From: Octopus vulgaris
Taxonomy: Eukaryota
Direction of reading: 5' to 3'
Assembly (NCBI GenBank): GCA_951406725.2
Contig: OX597818.1
Location: 47,430,001 to 47,494,000 of the forward strand
DNA length: 64,000 nt
In this document: positions 1 through 12,208 of the stretch, in pieces
Position numbering within the stretch: the first letter of the stretch is position 1
Layout of the letters: each line of letters starts with the position of its first letter
Position numbers and translations under genes: made by a program
The notes under the pieces: generated by a model
Told to the model about the DNA's origin: nothing
What the model saw: only the letters and a program-made list of their open reading frames with translations
Databases searched by the model: none

Positions 1-549
1 CGCTCAAGGTCAAGCGTCACATAGGTGCTGCCAGATCTGCTTTCGTGCGCCTCCAGCGGTGCCTGTGGGACAGAAGAGAGATCTCCTCGGAGACCAAAGG
101 GCGAATCTACCGGGCCGTCGTTTGTACTATCCTCCTCTATGGTTGTGAAACATGGCCTATGAGGGGAATCGATCAGCGAAGGCTGGAGGTGCTCGACAAT
201 GACTGTCTCCGCCACATTCTTCGCTGCCGATGCATTGATCAGGTTCCTACAGCTGGTCTTTGTCATCGCCTGAATCTCCAGCCCCTCCCTTCAGTGCTTC
301 GGTCATGCACAAACACACGGTAGGCAGCTGAAGTCCCGGGCAACGACGATAAAGGAAGACCTCTCCGAACTCTCAGGTCCGCAGGTGGCCGGTCTGCGCA
401 GATGGAACCACAAATGGCTCGCTATCTCCAGTGACCTTGCACAGGACCGTCGAGTGTAGGCCACCATGGTTCGTGATGCCATTAGGAACAGAGAAGAAGC
501 CGGTTCAACCCGCCCTGGGTGAATGCCATCACAAGTACAATTAAGTACT
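1..549 (+). mobile_element. RTE-clade LINE 3' fragment (degenerate RT C-terminus plus tail)
   Basis: Translates to LWDRREISSETKGRIYRAVVCTILLYGCETWP...LRHIL, typical of the RTE RT C-terminus; ends in a CAAGTA-like tail. Confidence 0.85.
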
Positions 550-808
550 ATTATTATCGATGTTTTTATTATTTTTGATTGATTTGGCTCAGCTTTGTTC
601 TTATTCTTGGTAGAATTTACATGGGCAGTGGGTAAACTTAAACTTAAGCATCAGCAAACTTTCAATAGTCTTTCAAGTACTTAAGACCCTCCTGTTAATC
701 TTTCCTGTCGCGAAGAGGCAAACTTTCTGTAGAAGCTCTACAGGGTATTCTATTCCAACCTCTGTCAACCATTTGTCTATAGCTTTGCTCACAGTTCCCA
801 ATGCACCA
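550..808 (-). mobile_element. R4/Dong-like (RLE-type) LINE 3' end
   Basis: Minus strand reads GALGTVSKAIDKWLTEVGIEYPVELLQKVCLFATGKINRRVLST*, resembling the GALG...LQK..L.GT C-terminus of RLE retrotransposons; lies next to TAA repeats. Confidence 0.6.
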
Positions 809-1363
809 ATTATTATTATTATAATTGAGTGAGAGAGCAGAGCATGCCATCAAAGTGACACTAGGGTAAAATATACAAAGCCCAGTATACCCATCTGATA
901 AAGATACACCAGGCACAGGCATCACAACCATATGTGCACAACATGGAAATCTCATATCAAGATAAACAGTGCATGTGGGGCCCAGTTAGAATTTTCTTCA
1001 GGTCGAGTAACCCATCCCGCTCAGAAAGTCCCTGAATAAGGGTCGTTTAAAGATGCTGAACAAAACACCTATGTTTCCAGAGGTGAATTATCCAAACCCC
1101 AAAGAATTCCTCTCAACACATGGTTACGATGCCCCACCACTACTTCTGCTCGTGATCAGAGCTGCACATATCGTCAGCCACTAAGGGACATGCTCAACTA
1201 GTTAAGATTAAGCAACTGACAAGCAAATCTGTAGTATTGAGCAGAATATTTGCTGTAGCCCATCTTTATACCGAGACAAAACAATGTACATGATAACACT
1301 TCCAATCAGTTAAGATCAGAAGCCATAAGAGCCACTGCCTGGTACTGCAATTATTATTATTAT
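809..1363 (-). repeat. Unclassified interspersed repeat, probably a LINE 3' UTR, bounded by (ATT)n tracts
   Basis: Higher-complexity block flanked on both sides by ATT microsatellite; no credible ORF. Confidence 0.4.
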
Positions 1364-1397
1364 TCAATTTTTCTAAAAACAAAAACACACTCCTTAC

Positions 1398-1504
1398 CTT
1401 TGCACGTATAAGGTATGGCGGGACAATCTCAATATCAAGTTCTTCACACATTTTCTTGCTTTCCATGATAATGAAGTCACCTGCCAGCGGGGATTTTACA
1501 ATTG
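1398..1504 (-). CDS. ACTL6A: Actin-like protein 6 (BAF53/Arp4) coding exon, 107 nt
   Basis: ttttag|CA ATT GTA...GCA AAG|gtaagg; (A)[35 protein letters not shown], matching vertebrate [36 protein letters not shown]. Confidence 0.96.
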
Positions 1505-1858
1505 CTAAAAACAGAGCACAAACAATATTTTAAACATCAGCGTCATCATTTTAACATCTGTTTCTCCATGCTGGCATGGGTCAGATGGAGTTTTTAACGA
1601 GGCAGATTTTTTTTGTGGCTTGATGCTCTTTCTGTTGCCAACATTCACTTGTTTCTAATCAAGTTAATATTTCCTCATGCTCAGCCATGTTTTCACAGAA
1701 TATTGGAAATGGATGCTACTGTCTCTATGACAGCGACACTCATTTACAAGAATCATGCAATGTTAAATCAAGGAGACACAAACCCACAAACAGTTTCTAC
1801 CAAACAAATTCACTCACAAGGTTTTGGTCAACTAGGACTATAGGAGCCACACAGTCAC

Positions 1859-1893
<35 letters not shown>

Positions 1894-1894
1894 T

Positions 1895-2240
1895 CGCTGC
1901 CAGAGCGGCTATCTGGCCTCCATACCGGTGGCACAAAAAAGACACCATTCGAGTGTGATCGTTACCAGCATCGCCTTACTGGCACCCGTGCCTGTGGCAT
2001 GAGTAAAAGATTCGAGCGAGGTCGTTGCCAGTGCCGCCTGACTGGCCCCATGCCAGTGGCATGTAAAAAGCACCCACTACACTCTCGGAGTGGTTGGCGT
2101 TAGGAAGGGCATTCAGCTGTGGAAACTCTGCCAGATCAAGATTGAAGCCTGGTGCAGCCATCTGGTTCACCAGCCCTTAGTCATACGTCCAACCCATGCT
2201 AGCATGGAAAGCGGACGTTAAACGATGATGATGATGATGA
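1895..2240 (+). mobile_element. 5'-truncated 3' UTR of the abundant RTE LINE, (GAT)n tail
   Basis: GGTGGCAC..AAAAAGCACC units, GGTTGGCGTTAGGAAGGGCAT motif, AACGATGATGAT tail; many copies in the window. Confidence 0.8.
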
Positions 2241-2250
2241 TAATATATAT

Positions 2251-2830
2251 GAGGACTGATCAAAAAGTAGCAGGACTCATCATCATCATCATTGTTGTTG
2301 TTTAACGCCTGCTTTCCAAGCTGGCATGGGCTGGACAGTTTGACTACAAACTGGAAAGCTAGGGGGCTGCACCAGGCCCTAATCTGATTTGGAAATGTTT
2401 CTACAGCTAGATGCCCTTCCTAACGCCAAACACCATGGGGGTCAGTCAGGTGGCACTGACATCAGCCACGCTCAAATGGTGCTTTTTACGTGCTCACATT
2501 TCAATTTGGCACTTAACTTCCTTCAAAGTAGGCCCCCTCCTGAAGCCACACACTTTATCCAGCATCATTTCCACCAATGGGACCATTCCTGGAACTCCAT
2601 TTTTGAGATAGCAAGCAGTTGCCCTGTTGCATCCCTTTCAAGTGGGATTTGATTTTGGGAAAGAGGGAAAAGTCACAAGGGGCAAGATCTGGGGAATATG
2701 GTGGTTGTTGGACCTAGAAAGTGTTATGCTTGGTCAAAAACTGTTGCACAAGCTGTGCTGAATGGGCAGGTGCATTGTCATGGAGGAGTTGCCACCTACT
2801 GGACACATACAATTCTGTCCGATGACCACA
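2251..2830 (-). mobile_element. Mariner transposase relic with terminal repeat, interrupted by an RTE 3' UTR copy
   Basis: Minus strand HDNAPAH and QPPYSPDLAPCDFSLFPKIKSHLKG (YSPDLAPxD motif); TIR-like GAGGACTGATCAAAAAGTA at 2251. Confidence 0.8.
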
Positions 2831-2849
2831 CTCTAATCACTTTACTCCC

Positions 2850-4664
2850 AAGCAAGGGAGGTGGCCACACTGAAAGTATAGCAGCCAGAGTGAGGATATA
2901 CTGGATAATATTTGAATAGCTACGATTGCTTCAAACACCAAAGATTTTTCCCCCTTAGAGTGAAGGGCGGGTTGTATGATGCTTGTGTTAAAACTATGAT
3001 GCTGTATGGTAGCAACAGAAATGAGCAAGAATGTTATAACTTAGTGTACGTGCACAACAGAGTTCAAGGTTAGTCAGCTTCATTCTGCAGACTTTAGCTC
3101 CGTTACCATAGCAACAGTCCCTATACTTTTTTGATCAGTGTGTGTATATGTGTTTATACATACACTAATAGAAAAACCACCTTCCTTCATTTCTTTCAAA
3201 TCTCCTCAAATCTTCTGCATTCAAAGCCCATATGCTACTACCATGCAACACCATAGTTCTAACACAAGCATCATACAACCTGCCCTTCACTCTAAGGGAA
3301 AAAAATCTTTGTTGTAAGAAGCAACGGTAGCTATCCAAATATTATCCAATATCTCCTTACTCTGGCTACTATACTTTCAGAGCAACCACATCCCTTGCCA
3401 ATTACATTTTCGAGGTAACAAAAGCTATTAACCACATCTAGAGAGTCATCTGGGCATTTCAAGAGAATCTATTGCTGTTGTGTTCATACTATGTACCATC
3501 ACATTTGAACTGAAGTTCTCTGATTGCCTGCCTGTGATTTTACAACACATGCTTCAATAGCTTACACTGGGTACAGCATATGGAGTTTATCACCAACTCA
3601 TTTTCTGCATCAAACAAGCCATTTCCCTGAAGGTACCAGGTCCTTCTGATCTATTGATTCCACGTTTAGTTTCCATGTCTAGAATCTCCTCTTCAATTTC
3701 TCTATAGACTTAGCTATGAAAACTAGAATTCCAAGAACAGCCAATCTTAAACTCCCCTGTGATGGCTAGGACTACAATGAATAGCAAATTAAGGGCTGAA
3801 CCATACCCACATCACTGTTGACTTTCACTTTAACCACTGCATCTCTGTATACAGCTTGTAAAGCCTTCATGAGCCATTCATCTACAAGTTTCCTCAGTAC
3901 CCACCAAATTATATGAACACCATATCCTGTCAAATACTTTCTTCAAATCAATGAAAGCCAAGAATAGTGGCTTATTCTTAGCCAGGTATTTCTCCTACAG
4001 TTGTCTCACTAGGAAGATTACATCTGTGATGCACTGGAGACAAAGCCTAGCTGTATTTCATCCAGGTTTGCTCTATCACAGATCAATTGAGCTATGGTTT
4101 TCTCTATGACCTTAATAATTTGGTCTAGAAGTTTAGTTCTTCTATAGTTGCATCTCTCTAAGGTATCTCCTTTGCCTGTGTAATAGTTTACAATGATACT
4201 CCTATGTAAGTGTAATAGGGTATGGCATCTTGTATAACTTGATTATCTGGGTGATAATTGTGTATCCTACCTCACCAGATAGTTTGAGAGCCTCTTCAAA
4301 TATCCACCTGTCAAACACCTGAGTTTTCAAACTCCACCTGTCTAACACCCGTGGACATGTTTACAAAGTCAGAAAACAGCACAGCTCCCATGACTTTCGG
4401 AAGCATATTTTCACGCTAAGAGTTGCTGAAGCATGAAACAAACTGCTGACATCAGTTGTTGGTCGTCGGAGCACTGCATCCTTCAAATCTTCCATGCTTC
4501 CTGAGATTCGCCAACACTACACCTGATTTTCTTCCCTTCATACACACACAAGCTTGTATCTGACTCATACACTGTTCACTTCCCAGACATTTGTACATTA
4601 CTGCATATGCTTTATACGCACTTTTGACAAGTTATGGTGCACCTGAGCACTGTATACAATAATT

Positions 4665-4698
<34 letters not shown>

Positions 4699-5010
4699 CC
4701 CTGAGAGACCTGCAGCTCTCTCTCTCTTTTCATGTCCTTGTTGCTTTATCTACCACACAGCTATCAACAGAATTGCTCATGTCTCTTGCAGGGTCAGCAT
4801 AAAGTAGCATTTCTTTATCCTATGTGATCTCCCTCTTCAGCAGCCTGTTTTAACAGCACTTACATGCTATTTTCTTGTCTTCCACGTCGATGGTAAGCAT
4901 GCCTTCATCATTCCAAATACACTTCTCAGTCTGATTTCTCATTGCAATTCTGAACACTTTAAGCCTCTGTCCCTCAATTTGCAGGACATGCAAATCTTTT
5001 TTTTTCTGCT
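2850..5010 (-). mobile_element. Degenerate RTE LINE RT region (minus), with a short inverted copy at 2850-3060 and a nested CR1 fragment
   Basis: Homologous to the RT at 23410-24750 (AFID, VWW, RVKGRLYDACV motifs), with many stops and frameshifts. Confidence 0.75.
4290..4697 (+). mobile_element. CR1-like LINE 3' fragment with (ATT)n tail
   Basis: FKLHLSNTRGHVYKVRKQHSSHDFRK..TLRVAE; near-identical to 7030-7441 and 11205-11694. Confidence 0.85.
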
Positions 5011-5029
5011 TACGGTTTAACCAAGTATA

Positions 5030-5457
5030 TTTGCGACTTATGGATACGAGACCTGGACACTAAAGAAAGCTGACCAGAAGAGAATTAATGCATTCGAGCT
5101 TTGGTGTTGGAGAAGACTTTTACGGATTCCATGGACAGCGTGGCTCACCAATGAAGAAGTTCTCAAGTAGATCAGGCCAAAAATGTTGCTAGAAGCTAAA
5201 ATCACCAAGCATAGAAATGGCATATTTCGGTCATATTATGCGGAGAAAATCCCTGGAGAAGGACATCCTGCTCGGAATGGTCAGTGGCAAGAGAGAAAGA
5301 GGCCGACCAAGAACCCGCTGGCTTGACACCATCAAGAGTGATACCGGAATGGACATAGCCAATTTGAAAGAAGCAGCCCAGGATAGAACTGACTGGAGGA
5401 CACTGATCCAACGAGTAACCGAGAGTCGACTTCGACTGAGCGGATAGATAGATAGAT
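5030..5457 (+). mobile_element. RTE/BovB-like LINE 3' end with (GATA)n tail
   Basis: YETWTLKKADQKRINAFELWCWRRLLRIPWT...YFGHIMRR..LEKDILLGMVSGKRERGRPRTRWLD. Confidence 0.88.
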
Positions 5458-5853
5458 TTGCAACTTAGCTGCCTTTCTAACCTAAAGCTCCCTACTACCA
5501 CCTTCCTTCATGAATATTCATGATGTTAACATGTATTGAAATATACAGATTATCTTATCAGATAAAATATACATATACACTCCCGTAATAACAGCACAGA
5601 TGCATAGCTATATCTATGTCTGTTTGCTTTTACTCAAATATGCATGAACACAAGCATACCACAAACACTATCAATGATATATAGAGATATACTTTCACAG
5701 ACAGCACACACACACACACACAAATAGCTACAAATATTTACATATATACTCAGGTGTTGATTTGAATCTGGACCACATATAAAAATGGTCAAAACTTTGT
5801 GTGTGTGAGTGTGTATGTATATATATATGTGAAAATGTGTGTATGTAAATATG

Positions 5854-6261
5854 GGATCTTTTCGGTTTGAACGGCAGTTTTTTCTAGTGGTGTCATATGA
5901 AATTGTCACCCATAATTATGACCCTAGTATCGATCTATTGCATTTCAATCTGTTTTAAAGTTAGTGGGAAGGGTATCTTTTTTTCTTCACAAATGTAAAT
6001 AAACCCAATCTGTTTCTTAAACGAGGGACATATTCATACGGCACGAAATGTTTTTTTACCTCAATAGATGTATTTGATTGGTTGAAATTGCAGAAATTGA
6101 AGAAGAAAAAAACAACAAATATCTTACAAACTATAGAATTTTCTCAATAAAGCCAAGAGAAAAAGATGTTTTATAAACACATTCTACCAGTATACGAAGT
6201 TTAAAATATTTTAGTTACCTAGAAATTATGTTAAAAACTGCCGTTCAAACCGAAAAGATCC
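5854..6261. mobile_element. MITE with about 28-bp TIRs and 8-bp TSD (Merlin-like GG termini; superfamily tentative)
   Basis: GGATCTTTTCGGTTTGAACGGCAGTTTTT ... AAAAACTGCCGTTCAAACCGAAAAGATCC, flanked by TAAATATG at 5846-5853 and 6262-6269. Confidence 0.88.
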
Positions 6262-6508
6262 TAAATATGTGTATGATTCACATTTGTCGTAGGTGTTACA
6301 TAATTTCTAGGTACAAAATAACAATACTGTTGATACCATCATCACTTAATGTCCTTTTTTTTCCATGTTGCCATGTTCAACAGGAGCCAATGAGTCAGAG
6401 GGTTGTGCCAAAGCCTGTCTGCTTCAGCATGGTTTCAACAACTGGATGTCCTTAACACCAATGGACATTTTTTCCAAGGCACCCGCACTAGCGAGATTAA
6501 GTACGTGT

Positions 6509-6833
6509 AAGACAAGATCACTCAACTGAGTGGGGATATAGTGTTGAAGGATGTGAAATTATGATAGTGGGGACAGGAATAGATGCCTTACTGAAGAGGT
6601 GAATACATGGCTTCCTCTAAGATAGAGACAGACAGACAGAGAGATGTGAAGTCAAGGTACAAGGTGAGTAAGTAGGCAAGACAAAACCACTCAACTGAAT
6701 GGGGATATAGTGAAGGATTTGAAATTATGGTAGTGGGGACAGGAATAGATGTCTTGCTGAAGAGGTGAATACATGGCTTCCTCTAGTAGAGATGGAGAGA
6801 TGTGAAGTCAATGTACAAGGTGAGTAAATAGGC
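6509..6833. repeat. Tandem duplication, two units of about 160-170 bp
   Basis: AAGACAA..CACTCAACTGA...GTACAAGGTGAGTAA.TAGGC occurs at 6509-6677 and 6678-6833. Confidence 0.85.
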
Positions 6834-6893
6834 ATTTTAATGTGTTTTATTTTGCGTATGATGCAGTTAAATTAATCAAAGAACATAACCTAC

Positions 6894-6988
6894 CTTGTGT
6901 TAAAACATAACCATCATAGACAGGCACAGCTGTAGTATGTGTGGCACCACTGTCCAAAATTAATCCTGTTGAACGGCCATTTGCAAAA
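6894..6988 (-). CDS. ACTL6A: ACTL6/BAF53 coding exon, 95 nt
   Basis: ttccag|T TTT GCA AAT...ACA CAA G|gtaggt; (A)[31 protein letters not shown], the actin-fold phosphate-2 region. Confidence 0.97.
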
Positions 6989-7000
6989 CTGGAAATCACT

Positions 7001-7009
7001 GTTAAGGAA
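7001..7009 (-). promoter_or_regulatory. U12 branch point sequence TTCCTTAAC
   Basis: Exact U12 branch consensus ending 12 nt before the exon. Confidence 0.93.
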
Positions 7010-7029
7010 GCACTTAGATTATATTTTCA

Positions 7030-7441
7030 AGACACCCATAAAATTATTAACCATCTTACAAACAATAACTCTGAGCACCTTTTCAAACACCACCTGTCTA
7101 ACACCCATGGGCATGTTTATAAAATCAGAAAACAGCACAGCTCCCATGACTTTCGGAAGCAATTTTTCACACTAAGAGTTGCTGAAGTATGGAACAAACT
7201 GCTGGCATCAGATGTTAGTTGTCGGAGCACTGCATCCTTTAAAACTTCCATGCTTCCTGAGATTCGCCAACACTACACCTGATTTTCTCCCCTCCATACA
7301 CACGCAAGCATGTATCTGACTCATACATTGTTTACTTCCCACACATTTGTACATTACTGCATATGCTTTATACACACTTTTGACAAGTCGTGGTGCACCT
7401 GAGCACTGTATACAATAATTTCATTATTATTATTATTATTT
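7030..7441 (+). mobile_element. CR1-like LINE 3' fragment with (ATT)n tail
   Basis: DTHKIINHLTNNNSEHLFK...TRGH-like...FFTLRVAEVWNKL...FKT. Confidence 0.88.
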
Positions 7442-7678
7442 TCAAAAGTTCCCACCCATGTTCAGTAAGCATAGGTTTGTAAAGTTACAACCTTAATCAA
7501 TCCTTTTAAAACAAATATAAAATGATGGCATTAGAGATAATGTATGACAATGTACTTGTTGCAGTGAAGATATTGGTGAAAGTGATGATATACATATAGA
7601 TATATATGAGTGAACCTCATCATCATCATCATCATCAAATATCCAGCATGCCACACATTTGATTGGAGTTACAAGTAT

Positions 7679-7909
7679 TTAACCCTTTTGTTACTGTATT
7701 TATTTTGAGATGCTCTGTGTTTCTTTCAATTAATTTTAAATATAACAAAGAATTTAGAAAAATAAGTTAGTTATCATTAAGCTAGTGTTAGGAACATAAA
7801 TTGTGATTAAAGGTTTGGTGGAAGATTTTAATTCAGAACTTTTGAAAGCAAGACATTTGTACTACAGAGCCAGAAGCGTTTTTTTCCAGGTTGGTACCGA
7901 AAGGGTTAA
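7679..7909. mobile_element. piggyBac-like MITE family B (about 230 bp)
   Basis: TTAA-CCCTTTTGTTAC ... GTACCGAAAGGG-TTAA; further copies at 15541-15770, 28549-28776, 48881-49094, 50870-51092, 60175-60399. Confidence 0.85.
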
Positions 7910-8009
7910 TTTGCCTCAACTATTCATGCTCATCTCATCAGATATTTGTAGTTGAAATGGAGAGTTTGAAAGAAATTGAACATGACTTCTAGGTATTTAG
8001 GCCCCTAAA

Positions 8010-8242
8010 TAGGCGGCGAGCTGGCAGAATCGTTAGCACACCGGGCAAAATGCGTAGCTGTATTTCGTCTGCTGTTACGTTCTGAGTTCAAATTCCACCG
8101 AGGTCAACTTTGCCTTTCATCCTTTCGGGGTCGATAAATTAAGTACCAGTTACGCACTGGGGTCGATGTAATCAACTTAATCCTTTTGTCTGTCCTTGTT
8201 TGTCCACTCTATGTTTAGCCCCTTGTGGGTAGTAAAGGAATG
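8010..8242 (+). mobile_element. tRNA-derived SINE with Meta-domain-like core (family S2)
   Basis: GGCGAGCTGGCAGAA head, GAGTTCAAATTCC B box, core GCCTTTCATCCTTTCGGGGTCGATAAATTAAGTACCAG; copies at 12215-12448(-), 27639-27872, 31299-31477, 40119-40352, 49930-50163(-), 53366-53511(-). Confidence 0.8.
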
Positions 8243-9912
8243 GGTATTTAGGCCCCTATTGTTCAGTTCAGGTCATGTGGTATTAATGCTGTTAAAGAGA
8301 CACCAGTTATTTTCTCTGATCACATATTCTACAGCTCACCATGTTGGTTATGCAAACTAAATAGTAACACAACACCATCAAAATGGTTACTTTCACATAA
8401 AGTCTACTACTGCTAATGTGTTTGAACCCCTGACATGTGAAAACATTCTACCCTACTATGTGCAGTACTCAACCAACAATAAATCCCCTAACTATACCTG
8501 CTAACATCACCCCCATATGACCAATAAGCAATCAACCTTTTTATATCACTCTGACCAACACAAATACCATAACCTTCCATCAAAAGTAGTGCCAACATAC
8601 TGTCCAAACACATGGATCTAAAAATAAACAAAATATTGCTTTGATAGTATTAGTACCACATGAGCTGAACTGGTCAACTGAAGCCTAAACACCTAGAAGC
8701 CACCCTGAATTTCTTTCAAACCCTCAACTCTGCATCCAAACATCTGATGAAATGGATGCATCCTACACATCCATGAAGATTTAAGGCACGTACAGCTCGG
8801 CAAATTGTTATTAACTCTTTAATATTCAGATTGATTTATCAAATATAGCTTATTTAATAACACAGCTTTTAATTAATCATGCATTCTCCTGTAACTGAGA
8901 TTTCAATGATGTGATTGTTTATTTTAGAACAACATTGTAGGGTGGGTGTTAGCATGGAAAGCGGACGTTAAACGATGATGATGATGATGATGATGATATA
9001 TATATTAATCAGCTGAAATTGCGAGGATGATCTGGTTCTTGACTGAGGATAGAAAGCTTCAAATGACTCGTCCTTGTTTTTTTGTATCGTCTATCTGGAT
9101 GTTTTGTTGTCCCTTTTTGTACCACCTAGTTGTCCGGATGTTTTGCATTCTTGTCCCATTTTGTATTTTATATATATATATCTCATACATACACATACAT
9201 ACTTCCAGTAATTATGAACAGCAATATAGAAATCAGAAATAAACTACATAGTTACATACAGACATATACAAAATATCAAGATAAAAATTACATATATCAT
9301 CTACATTCTTTCAGTTGTCAATTTTCTATCTTCCTTGCTATCTGTTAATTGTATTGATTTCATTGAAAAAAACTTTTTTTTGATGGGTGGGGAATCCAAA
9401 CCACTCTACTTGCTCTGCTACTATGAATGGCTAACTCACATTATATCTCACACATCTGAACAAAAGATAAGTAAGGAACCTTAATCCAGTGAACGTCTTA
9501 TTTTCTGACCCATATTAATTGTCCTTCAGCCATTCGAACCATACATTTCCTCAACAGTGGCTTTAACATTTTCAAGAAATTCTAATTTGTGTCTATTACA
9601 CTATTTGTTATGACTTGGAGAACTGTAACAAACTGAAGGGGCTGAGAACTGAGCTTTGATGAAAACCTATCTGCATTTTAATTCTTTACTGAATACATGT
9701 CTTAAATCTCACCTTGCTGACAAGACTTGCACAGCTAATAAGCCATTCAGCTTACTCCCAACCTTTTCTCACTATATTTGTTTCAATCAATTTTGAAAAT
9801 AATGAAAGAATTTGGTAAGATATCTCAGTCATTATCATGCTGGTGTTTGCAAGAGTAGTTAACATGGAATTTTGAAAGTTTTAATTCAAATTACTTTAAA
9901 ACAGGAAGTTTG

Positions 9913-10445
9913 GTTTTGTATGACAAACCAAGATTAATCTCAAATGATTTTGCATCACAAACCAAGATTAATCTCAAAAGATTTTGTATCACAAACCAAG
10001 ATTAATCTCAAAAGATTTTGTATCACAAACCAAGGTTAATCTCAAAAGATTTTGTATCACAAACCAAGATTAATCTCAAAAGATTTTGTATCACAAACCA
10101 AGATTAATCTCAAAAGATTTTGTATCACGAACTAAGATTAATCTCAAAAGATTTTGTATCTCAAACCAAGGTTAATCGTTTTAAAAATTAACAGCTACCT
10201 GTCAAAATCTCAAACCAAGATAATTGATTAGTTCAAAACAAAGTGGATGAAAAAACATTAATTTTATCAGAATAATGTGAACACTAAAGGTTAATCTCAA
10301 AAGATTTTGTATCACAAACCAAGATTAATCTCAAAAGATTTTATATCACAAACCAAGATTAATCTCAAAAGATTTTGTATCACGAACTAAGATTAATCTC
10401 AAAAGATTTTGCATCACAAAGCAAGATTAATCTCAAGATTAATAT
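9913..10445. repeat. 34-bp minisatellite (ACCAAGATTAATCTCAAAAGATTTTGTATCACAA), about 12 units, interrupted at 10172-10294
   Basis: The 34-nt periodicity is directly readable. Confidence 0.92.
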
Positions 10446-11204
10446 CAAAAGAGTATGTTCTGTCAAAGCTGCTAGTCATAGTGGCTTAGACGTACTCAAG
10501 AACTTCTCTTGCAGTGTTCTCATGAGAAAGAAGGCATCAGTGGTACTCCATTTTGGCTTAAACTGAAACTGCATTGCATCTCATTTAATTCACATCCACC
10601 ATTTTCAACTATTTGGATAGTTTCATCAATTTGTATATTTACAATTGAAATTATAGAAACAAATATTTTACTGTTGGATATTTCCCCCCCAAAACTTACA
10701 ACTGGAACCTAAAATAATAGCAACAAGAATAAACAGAGTAATGTACCCTGCTAAGAGAAAAATTCAATGGAAGAATAGGGATTCATAATTTACTTCCTAA
10801 TTCTAGCCTTCCAAATTGTGGGGCACCAAAACAATTATACAGAGGTCATTTTTGGAGATGTACCTATTCAACTCACATCTTGCACACAACATAATTGAGT
10901 CTGAGACTTTTGTAGTGCATACATTAAAGAAGGGTAATAGCTAAAATGAGCTCCAAAAAATGCAATTACCAAATGGCAACCTGGATAGGATCTATCATGG
11001 CTTTCTATGGACCCAATTGCTTATGCATAGGTCTACCATGAGCACCAGGACTAATAAGGTCAGAGTTTAATCCAGTTTACATTGTGTGGAAGTGAGTGAG
11101 ATTTCAACACTCCGTCCTGGACAGGATGGCAGTCTATTACAAGGCTAATTTCCCAGTTACTGCTGGAACTCATTTACACCTGAGTGGACTGAAGAAATGT
11201 GAAA

Positions 11205-11694
11205 GGAAATGCTGCCATATTCTGAATGCCTTACTTCCCTGGGCATGGATACATTGAAACTCCGACGTCTGGCAGCTGACTTGGCAGATACACATAAAAT
11301 TATTAACCATCTTACAAACAATAACTCTGAGCACCTTTTCAAACTCCACCTGTCTAACACCCGTGGACATGTTTACAAAGTCAGAAAACAGCACAGCTCC
11401 CATGACTTTCGGAAACATTTTTTTACGCTAAAAGTTGCTGAAGTATGGAACAGACTGCTGGTGTCAGTTGTTAGTTGTCGGAGCACTGCATCCTTCAAAA
11501 CTTCCATGCTTCCTGAGATTCACCAACACTACACCTGATTTTCTCCCCTCCATACACACGCAAGCATGTATCTGACTCATACACTGTTCGCTTTCCAGAC
11601 ATTTGTACATTACTGCATATGCTTTATATGCACTTTTGACAAGTTGTGGTGCACCTGAGCACTGTATACAATAATCTCATTATTATTATTATTT
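11205..11694 (+). mobile_element. CR1-like LINE 3' fragment inserted into an older minus-strand SINE
   Basis: LPYSECLTSLGMDTLKLRRLAADL...WNRL; (ATT)n tail; SINE-like flanks at about 11110-11205 and 11700-11790. Confidence 0.88.
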
Positions 11695-12044
11695 TTATAT
11701 AGAACACAATGCACTGGCTGGTTTAGGAATCAAAACCAATGATTTTACAATCATGAGTATAACACACCTACCTCAAGCCCATGTACTGTCACAATGATCC
11801 AATTAGTATATATTGGTTTCAAATTTTGGCAAAAGGCCAGTAATTTCAGGGGTAGGTGTAAGTTGATTACATTGGCCTTAGTGCTCAACTGGTACTTATT
11901 TCATCAACTCAAAAATAATGAAAGGCAAAGTTAACTTGGATGGAATTTAAACCCAAGAAGTAAAGATGGCTGAAATGGCGCTAAGCATTTTGCCAGATAT
12001 TTGGTTGTAATTGTCATATTAATATTTGGATTAATAAGCATCCT

Positions 12045-12208
12045 GGCATTTGAAGTGATCACTAATGATGACAATATTATGTTTCCATTCATCTTCCCAC
12101 ATGGCCTCACACTCAACATGGAGGCCCAACATCAAGTGCCTGGAGGAGGTAGTGCTGCCCTGGGTCAAGAGGGTGGCTGCTGGAAGACCCTGTGTCTGCA
12201 ACAGGACT
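12045..12208 (+). mobile_element. Tc1/mariner-superfamily transposase fragment (second copy 16431-16545)
   Basis: Consensus VF.VI.SDG.VMPPFIFPHGL.LN.EAYIKCLEEVVLPWVKRVAAGRP...QQD. Confidence 0.7.

Noticed and set aside
6941-7282. 113-aa ORF overlapping the ACTL6 exon antisense
   Set aside because: Chance join of antisense exon and branch-site sequence to a CR1 3' fragment
9040-9075. CTGAGGA...AAATGACTCGTC hammerhead-like motif
   Set aside because: GAAA box broken and stem I does not pair
9913-10445. 34-bp repeats of CRISPR-like length
   Set aside because: Contiguous units without spacers; a minisatellite
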